The notes under the pieces were generated by a model that was not told where the DNA came from, did no database searches, and saw only the letters and a program-made list of their open reading frames with translations. From an uncultured Tissierellia bacterium (GTDB lineage Bacteria > Bacillota > Clostridia > Tissierellales > Tissierellaceae), in contig CAMIXG010000005.1 in the NCBI GenBank assembly GCA_946402705.1, positions 31,506 to 95,505 of the forward strand: a stretch of 64,000 nucleotides of DNA, read 5' to 3'. The position numbers were made by a program, and so were the translations under genes. This document shows positions 61,001 through 64,000 of the stretch, one piece after another (within the stretch, counting starts at the first letter, position 1; the number at the start of each line of letters is the position of its first letter).

Positions 61001-63216
61001 CAGATGAAAGATTTATAAAAAATGAAAATACTATAGTTGATGCAATTTTGAGAAATAAAGTTGAAAAACCTGAACTTAAAAAATCAGGTTATGCTAAAAA
61101 AGCCAATGATAACTTTAATTTAGCAGCAGGAACACACATAGTATTTGGTGCTTTAATGGATGTAAAAAATGAAGAGTCAATGTTCCACAAACTATCTAAC
61201 AAAGAAGAAACTAGCACACTGAAAGTAAATATGTCAGTTGTGAAGTTTAATCTTGATGGAAAATATGAAATAGTATCTAATCCTATGGAAATCGAATTAG
61301 ATCAAAATAAATTCGCTAATAAGGCAACAGTTTTAGATGCCTTAAAAGTAAATGGATTAGATTATGAGTTAAAAGGTAATATGGTTACTAAAATAGCTGG
61401 AATTGGTGAAACTGAAGAGGAAGGTTTTAAGTGGTCAGGTTGGATGTATAACTTAAATGGACAAGCTCCAGAAAAAGATGGCTTACAACTTATGGCAGAC
61501 CAAGCTTTATTAAAAGATGGAGACAATATAGTTTGGGGTAGAATATTCGAGTTTGGCAGGGATACACTTCCAACTATGAATGAAATAAAATCACAAGAAA
61601 AAGAAAAACTTATAAGTTTAAATATTTCATCAAAATTAGAATTAAATAAAGAATTTGAAATTGTAGCAAGGGATGAAAATGGAAATATAATAGATAATAG
61701 TGAAGTATTATATTTAATATCTGATGCACAAGTAGCTGAAATCAAAGATAATAAACTTTTAACTAAAAAGGCTGGAGAATTTACTTTAACAGCTAGTTTA
61801 AAATCAGATAAAAATATTAAAACAAGTTTAAAAATACAAGTAGAAGAAGCAAATAGTGAAAAAGAAAATCTAAAAGAATATGTAGCTAGTATGAGAGCTG
61901 CATATACAAACAAAGATAAATTTACTTTTAGAGAAGCAATGGGTTATAGATATACTAGTGAGAATTTAGAAAAAGATTTAAAAATAATTTCTAATAAAAT
62001 AGAACTTAGAGAAGCAGAAAGTGCAAATAATATGGCTACTAACATAATCTCTATAATTGCAGCAGGCGAAAACCCATATAATTATAAGGGTGTTAATTAT
62101 GTAGATATGCTACAAAAAACTCAAAAGGATAATGGTAAGTTTATTTTCAGTAATGATGATGACTATGCTACAACTCAAGCTTTTGCAGTTATGGCACTTG
62201 ATATGGCAAAGGCTGAATATAAAGAAAATACAATTGAAATGTTATTAGCTTATCAAAACCAAGATGGAAGTTTTTCAAGTTGGAAAGATATAGATACAGT
62301 AGCAATGACATTAACAGCTTTTGCAAACCATTTAAATAATGAAAAAGTACAGGAGAAAATGGTAAAATCTATAGAGTTTTTAGAAAACAAAAATAAGCTA
62401 GAGGCTGATAATCCATATACATTATCCGCACTTGTTCAAGGTTTAATAGCAGTTGAAGAAGATCTTGATGCTGGAAAGTGGGATAAAGATGGAAAAAAAT
62501 TAGTTGATAGATTAATCTTTAGTCATAAGGAAACTTTAGCTACTATGGTTAAACCAGAGAATGCCTTAATGGTAAATGAACAAGTATTCATAGCCTTAAC
62601 AGATGCTGAAAAAGGAAAATCTATGTTTAAAGAAATAAAAGTAAACAACAATGCAATAACAGAAATCCAAATTAAAGATTTAAATATTGGAAAATTAGTA
62701 GAAGGTGAAGAAGTACAATTAGAGGCTATAGCCAAAGACTCTAAAGGAAATCTTGTTACAGGAGCAGAGTTTATTTGGGAAGTCTTAAATGGAGATATTG
62801 CAAGTATTGATTCAAATGGAAAACTATTTGCTAAAAAATCAGGTGAAGTAAATGTTATTGTTAAGTTAAAAGATAGCGATATGAAAGCTGAGAAACTTAT
62901 AGAGATAGGTAAAAAAGAGTTTGATGTTGAAGTTACAAAACCAGTATTAAACTTAAATCAAGAAGCTAAAGCCATCGCTAAGGTGAAAAACTTAACTAAT
63001 CAGAAAAAAGAAGTAACTTTGATAATTGCTTTAGTAAATACAGATACAGATGAAATAGTTAGTTATTCAAAAGTTAGAAAAGTATTAAAAGCAGGAGAAG
63101 TAACAGAGTTAGAATCAGGATTATTGGTTCCTAAGACTGGTAAATATCAAATAAAGACTTTCTTATGGGATAGTTTAGAAAATAGAAATCCTATTAAAGT
63201 AAATAAGGCAGCATAA
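55003..63216 (+). CDS. Giant secreted multidomain protein (2,737 aa): BspA-type LRR, three DUF4430 (transcobalamin beta-like) domains, three or four prenyltransferase-like alpha/alpha toroids and three Big_2 domains. Putative extracellular corrinoid-binding protein.
   Basis: A single uninterrupted ORF with RBS gagggag 8 nt upstream of the ATG and a Sec signal peptide. Domain motifs are listed in the sub-features. A cobalamin riboswitch lies directly upstream. Confidence 0.9.
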   Translation: MRDRLKRVLSLVLVFAIITGNLLSLQNISFAKENIVLSQGEEGFIFDKSDNRIIGYSGEIPSKLEIPSEIDGVSVKHIGEEDKLDQDFIQKGIEELVLPEGIESIEQRVFFGNKIEKLELPKTLKLIRGGAFKNNLIREVNFPEDIEEIRAAAFENNKIDTLNIPSNIEKIGDDAFKDNFLEDIVIPNNIREIGGGAFALNPINTVDLGRVEIIGGSAFHTTNLKEISLPDTLKEIGISAFGNTRIEECIIPKNVEKLGKDAFFSKDIDVYTKIYLEDEKNEHRLTSGVGTVLNPVEVEVINTSVDGELSREKIVGQKSDGSYITDYNRKNKEFDFFSKEAEVGIKPKVIEGFLTPRSKTLKLVNSTETIEFKYEKGQEVEEKEIEVLLIDHDYKNFIKVGDVYKLTLKDKNPVILDVLKELEEKHNVRIKTEEGSYGEYITQIGDLKASKAKSVMYNINDEKAGLGASSQDVHDGDKILFFMGNSMNGYNGPKWEEFTEEENNELDLSKLIDEALTWSLVNNSKFEFSGATSLMVAGKDLKEMPERIETHFAFTYKAKPLNTIRNYLLGNNMEYLEEVKKYDFNQKLNNINAIEPHIYSMIALNMIGEDYDKQLASDNLVKYILSGDIKDNNMGDAIAAIVDSGAEVNKKELLDNVNKRLSNPPANIRYYSSLLEALINLGEKVDASSIEKLSEYKKDGGYATTPLMGYKKDGEELIALKLFLTVDNKENTFRTAGKKVNEGPSEKNDYKIEIDKSKFEFKEFDEIKIAAKTYLNGQEKDLPYDLVSENAKIVSIARDNKLVVNSHGTVTIKAILKEDKSAFDEIELVIEKVEAKAGQGNINDFIDAISIYYNREHFKNNGGKLNAFEYATFEKVGLSSSRWEVEKDYKPSYDENLKYVGNKARQVEVMLATGRNPRDYKGRDLIEEITTVINTGKSDGRDFDFAAYPYLLGVVAVNNYNEIYPSNKANYNNEFVLNMIRKAQQENGGLIERSIENGIAPRNTALALEVVAKVNGGDDIKTKILSYFESIQEDNGGFFEKAYITNYNADIVKALAIAGEDLTSSKWTKGEYNPIESIFYLYRNNNSFKDFVGEDMSTLNNPNERDLDCKVATQAALEALIEIRKNNGDYLVKTAKISETKEIVEQEVEINTSIIVLDKEGKFEVKNIPSKLKVNNKKQTAGLTALGALQATTNNIKMNYGFVEEIEGIRNSGNSGWMYSINGEIPRLAAAYTEVKEDDNILWFYVPEELLKDKTLEEIMPKWEELTGDNSSEILEEIAKSIPRNLKQPMDSDVDKNVLEVLDKIIKDKGYSNIELKLVSVDKNDEFASIDEVTGDIKYFYKHPSEVKGLYNQQRQCKIELKLGNATKIIDANPSILWDKAKLRKVIDEEIMEDLDSMIKGENISLSQFKVDSEVKDKIGSKGYDYLEIQYKLEENAGLKFKKGGYEYINGKMVLTPNKLVVKDVKEPISTKLKVVLSTVQGSIEVDTKEYNITVVPKDYAGKTLEEEMKEKLEKHYTEDKFKSAVDGSEIDLDNISDDIKIPTPKETEIEDYDNYKYFMTSSDNGLIKPFETKNAGKVVVYRPLPGESAGKATLTINMEDKKTGTVVSKNLKEITVLPLTQEEIDKEIELMEKVKSSYFDLIKGENISKDEITKDLKWFREVNLGKDGLTWNTHIKDDVNMGITPDALEGWYDTEQWRLFRASNPEIITHENLLVTRPEKDTKVKIDSILTSVIYGKYAEKYPNNEDFKKLYKQAVEVEVTVLGTEANSSKIDLDKEINFLKSVFEAYMEEDSNGNTGNAKLSLTGTGAAKLAGMDMNKIQKNIYIDKDNKTSYQLSQSIITLIGADLDPTNYQTRNLVEELIKSQQLEGDEKGAFITDFRGIGDDLNSIEVQIRSIIALDMAGANYNKQAAVEKLIAMYENKEDNKTYKEIETEGYMILALSKHKELGQTTIDSIVNNLSSLQKDNGGYLVKGIGDGATVGMSRVVQGLVANGINPLTDERFIKNENTIVDAILRNKVEKPELKKSGYAKKANDNFNLAAGTHIVFGALMDVKNEESMFHKLSNKEETSTLKVNMSVVKFNLDGKYEIVSNPMEIELDQNKFANKATVLDALKVNGLDYELKGNMVTKIAGIGETEEEGFKWSGWMYNLNGQAPEKDGLQLMADQALLKDGDNIVWGRIFEFGRDTLPTMNEIKSQEKEKLISLNISSKLELNKEFEIVARDENGNIIDNSEVLYLISDAQVAEIKDNKLLTKKAGEFTLTASLKSDKNIKTSLKIQVEEANSEKENLKEYVASMRAAYTNKDKFTFREAMGYRYTSENLEKDLKIISNKIELREAESANNMATNIISIIAAGENPYNYKGVNYVDMLQKTQKDNGKFIFSNDDDYATTQAFAVMALDMAKAEYKENTIEMLLAYQNQDGSFSSWKDIDTVAMTLTAFANHLNNEKVQEKMVKSIEFLENKNKLEADNPYTLSALVQGLIAVEEDLDAGKWDKDGKKLVDRLIFSHKETLATMVKPENALMVNEQVFIALTDAEKGKSMFKEIKVNNNAITEIQIKDLNIGKLVEGEEVQLEAIAKDSKGNLVTGAEFIWEVLNGDIASIDSNGKLFAKKSGEVNVIVKLKDSDMKAEKLIEIGKKEFDVEVTKPVLNLNQEAKAIAKVKNLTNQKKEVTLIIALVNTDTDEIVSYSKVRKVLKAGEVTELESGLLVPKTGKYQIKTFLWDSLENRNPIKVNKAA
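55120..55800 (+). other. BspA-type leucine-rich repeat (LRR_5-like) region, about 9 repeats
   Basis: Repeating units of about 23 aa of the form L.IP..I..IG..AF.(N/D)..I, for example LNIPSNIEKIGDDAFKDNFLEDIVIPNNIREIGGGAFALN. Confidence 0.8.
56152..56451 (+). other. DUF4430-like domain 1 (degenerate)
   Basis: EIEVLLID..VILDVLKELEEKHNVRI..GEYITQIG..SVMYNINDEKAGLGASSQDVHDGDKILFFM follows the DUF4430 pattern, but the GW of the GWMY motif is replaced by SV. Confidence 0.6.
56515..57180 (+). other. Helical region, possible partial alpha/alpha toroid
   Basis: It is predicted helix-rich by eye, with one KKDGGYA motif resembling a toroid repeat. It is shorter than the other toroids. Confidence 0.35.
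57250..57501 (+). other. Big_2 (bacterial Ig-like group 2) domain 1
   Basis: The pattern ..IKIAAKTYLNG....YDLVSENAKIVSIARDNKLVVNSHGTVTIKAILKED..FDEIELVI matches the Big_2 consensus (S.n..vatV...G.v.a...G.a.i.a). Confidence 0.7.
57514..58392 (+). other. Alpha/alpha toroid 1 (prenyltransferase/terpene-cyclase-like, 6-hairpin clan)
   Basis: Repeated Q..NGG motifs (QQENGGLIE, QEDNGGFFE) spaced about 45-50 aa apart in a helix-rich segment of about 290 aa. Confidence 0.6.
58444..58740 (+). other. DUF4430 domain 2
   Basis: TAGLTALGALQATTNNIKMNYGFVEEIEGIRNSGNSGWMYSINGEIPRLAAAYTEVKEDDNILWFYV carries the canonical GWMY.(I/V)NG ... D.I.W signature. Confidence 0.8.
58741..60297 (+). other. Central region of about four helix-plus-Ig-like units of unknown family
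   Basis: The recurrent unit is a short acidic helix followed by a beta-rich segment ending in motifs such as KEYNITVVP, LKEITVLP and AVEVEVTVLG. The last unit (ITKDLKW..ASNPEIITHENLLVTRPEKDTKVKIDSIL) resembles surface-protein Ig-like spacer domains. Confidence 0.4.
60310..61185 (+). other. Alpha/alpha toroid 2
   Basis: A helix-rich segment of about 290 aa containing LQKDNGGYLV and paired helical hairpins. It is organised like toroid 1 and is followed directly by a DUF4430 domain. Confidence 0.55.
61216..61548 (+). other. DUF4430 domain 3
   Basis: ATVLDALKVNGLDYELKGNMVTKIAGIGE..GFKWSGWMYNLNGQAPEKDGLQLMADQALLKDGDNIVWGRIF carries the canonical signature. Confidence 0.8.
61609..61848 (+). other. 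Big_2 domain 2
   Basis: EFEIVARDENGNIIDNSEVLYLISDAQVAEIKDNKLLTKKAGEFTLTASLKSD..TSLKIQV. Confidence 0.7.
61861..62628 (+). other. Alpha/alpha toroid 3 (no DUF4430 partner in cis)
   Basis: TQKDNGKFIF and YQNQDGSFSS repeats within a helix-rich segment of about 255 aa. Confidence 0.55.
62656..62910 (+). other. Big_2 domain 3
   Basis: EEVQLEAIAKDSKGNLVTGAEFIWEVLNGDIASIDSNGKLFAKKSGEVNVIVKLKD. Confidence 0.7.
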
Positions 63217-63224
63217 GAAATATT

Positions 63225-63260
63225 AGTATAAACCTTTTCTGTAAAGTTAAGGTTTATACT
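63225..63260 (+). other. Perfect 12-bp stem-loop between the giant gene and the next gene (no T-tail)
   Basis: agtataaacctt / aaggtttatact with a 12-nt loop, followed by ctaattat. It is probably an mRNA-stabilising or partial-termination element rather than a full terminator. Confidence 0.6.
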
Positions 63261-63291
63261 CTAATTATACTAAATAGGAGGAAATGAAATT

Positions 63292-64000
63292 ATGAGAAAG
63301 TTAAATAAAAATAAAATATTAGTACTAGCCCTATCTTTCATTATGATATTTTCTAACTTAGTTGGTGCTGCAAGTGCCATAAGTGGTAGAAATATTATTA
63401 AGGTTAAGGTTGAGAAAAAAGATCCTGTAACTCTAATGGTGGAAAGTGGAAATAGAATTGTAGCCATAGACGAACAAATACCAGATGATAGTGGTTATGT
63501 AAAGTTTAGAGTAAATCTTCCAAATGAAATAAGTTTAGATGATGTTAAAATAAAAACCACAGATGGAAGAATAGATAGTTCAAAAATAGAAGTGGAGAAA
63601 ATAAAAGATGATGAAGAAAAACCAGTAGATCCAGATCCAGAGCCAAAAGAGAAAACAGTTAGCCTAAATATAGATGGATATAAGGGCACAATATTAAGCA
63701 AGAGAAATATAGAAGTAAAGGCAGGAGAATCTGTTTTGGATGTAACACTTAGATTATTAGATGCCAATGGTATTAAGTATCAGGTGAAAAATGGATATGT
63801 TGTAAGTATAGATGGACAGGCAGAATTTGATAAGGGTAGTGGTAGTGGCTGGATGTATTCTGTAGACGGGCAATATCCTAACAAGGGAGCAGATTATTTA
63901 AGAGCCAAAGACTATAAGCGAATTGACTGGAAATATACTTATGATTTAGGTAAGGACATAGGTGCTGGAAGTAGCTGGAAAAAAATAGATGATAAATCTG
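63292..64000 (+). CDS. Secreted DUF4430-domain protein, N-terminal 236 aa (3' end lies outside the window)
   Basis: Hand translation from ATG 63292 (RBS aggagga 9 nt upstream) gives MRKLNKNKILVLALSFIMIFSNLVGAASA|ISG... The frame stays open to the window end. A DUF4430 domain lies at 63652-63942 (..GESVLDVTLRLLDANGIKYQVKNGYVVSIDGQAEFDKGSGSGWMYSVDGQ..RIDWKYTY). It is absent from the ORF track because it has no stop in the window. Confidence 0.85.
   Translation, partial: MRKLNKNKILVLALSFIMIFSNLVGAASAISGRNIIKVKVEKKDPVTLMVESGNRIVAIDEQIPDDSGYVKFRVNLPNEISLDDVKIKTTDGRIDSSKIEVEKIKDDEEKPVDPDPEPKEKTVSLNIDGYKGTILSKRNIEVKAGESVLDVTLRLLDANGIKYQVKNGYVVSIDGQAEFDKGSGSGWMYSVDGQYPNKGADYLRAKDYKRIDWKYTYDLGKDIGAGSSWKKIDDKS

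Noticed and set aside
61567-61581. LPTMN in the giant protein as a possible LPxTG sortase signal.
   Set aside because: It lacks the Gly. It lies about 550 aa from the C-terminus and is not followed by a hydrophobic segment and a basic tail.
63270-63767. Two minus-strand track ORFs (63270-63467 and 63495-63767) downstream of the giant gene.
   Set aside because: The plus strand here encodes an open frame with an RBS, a signal peptide and a DUF4430 motif. The minus-strand ORFs are antisense artefacts.

Overview
This is a 64-kb chromosomal segment from a low-GC (about 30% GC) Gram-positive anaerobe. It looks like a Clostridia or Tissierellia-type Firmicute, but no similarity search was possible, so taxonomy is only a guess. 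Nearly all genes lie on the + strand and most are housekeeping. In order they are: the mnmA 3' end; tig-clpP-clpX, lon and engB; a rubredoxin missed by the ORF track; a chemoreceptor; typA; cls; degV; a UvrD-like helicase; a Zn/Cd-type P1B ATPase with four HMA domains; map; three tandem MATE exporters; mgtC, ppiB, tdk and nudC; an ECF sigma/anti-sigma pair; rodA; nfo-queG-nth; an orphan BtuF-like binding protein; trmL; a Na/Pi symporter; trxB; a BMP-family nucleoside ABC transporter; and rpoN followed directly by gap-pgk-tpi-gpmI-eno. No rRNA, tRNA, CRISPR array or clear mobile element was seen. The stand-out region is 54.6-64.0 kb. It holds a strong promoter and a clear cobalamin (B12) riboswitch with a terminator/antiterminator expression platform. 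These sit upstream of an 8.2-kb gene for a 2,737-aa secreted protein. That protein combines BspA-type leucine-rich repeats with repeated alpha/alpha-toroid and DUF4430 modules, in the same alpha-to-beta order as eukaryotic transcobalamin and intrinsic factor, plus Big_2 domains. A second secreted DUF4430 protein follows and runs off the window. I interpret this as a candidate B12-repressed extracellular corrinoid-capture system. All domain calls rest on motif recognition by eye and need HMM or structure confirmation.
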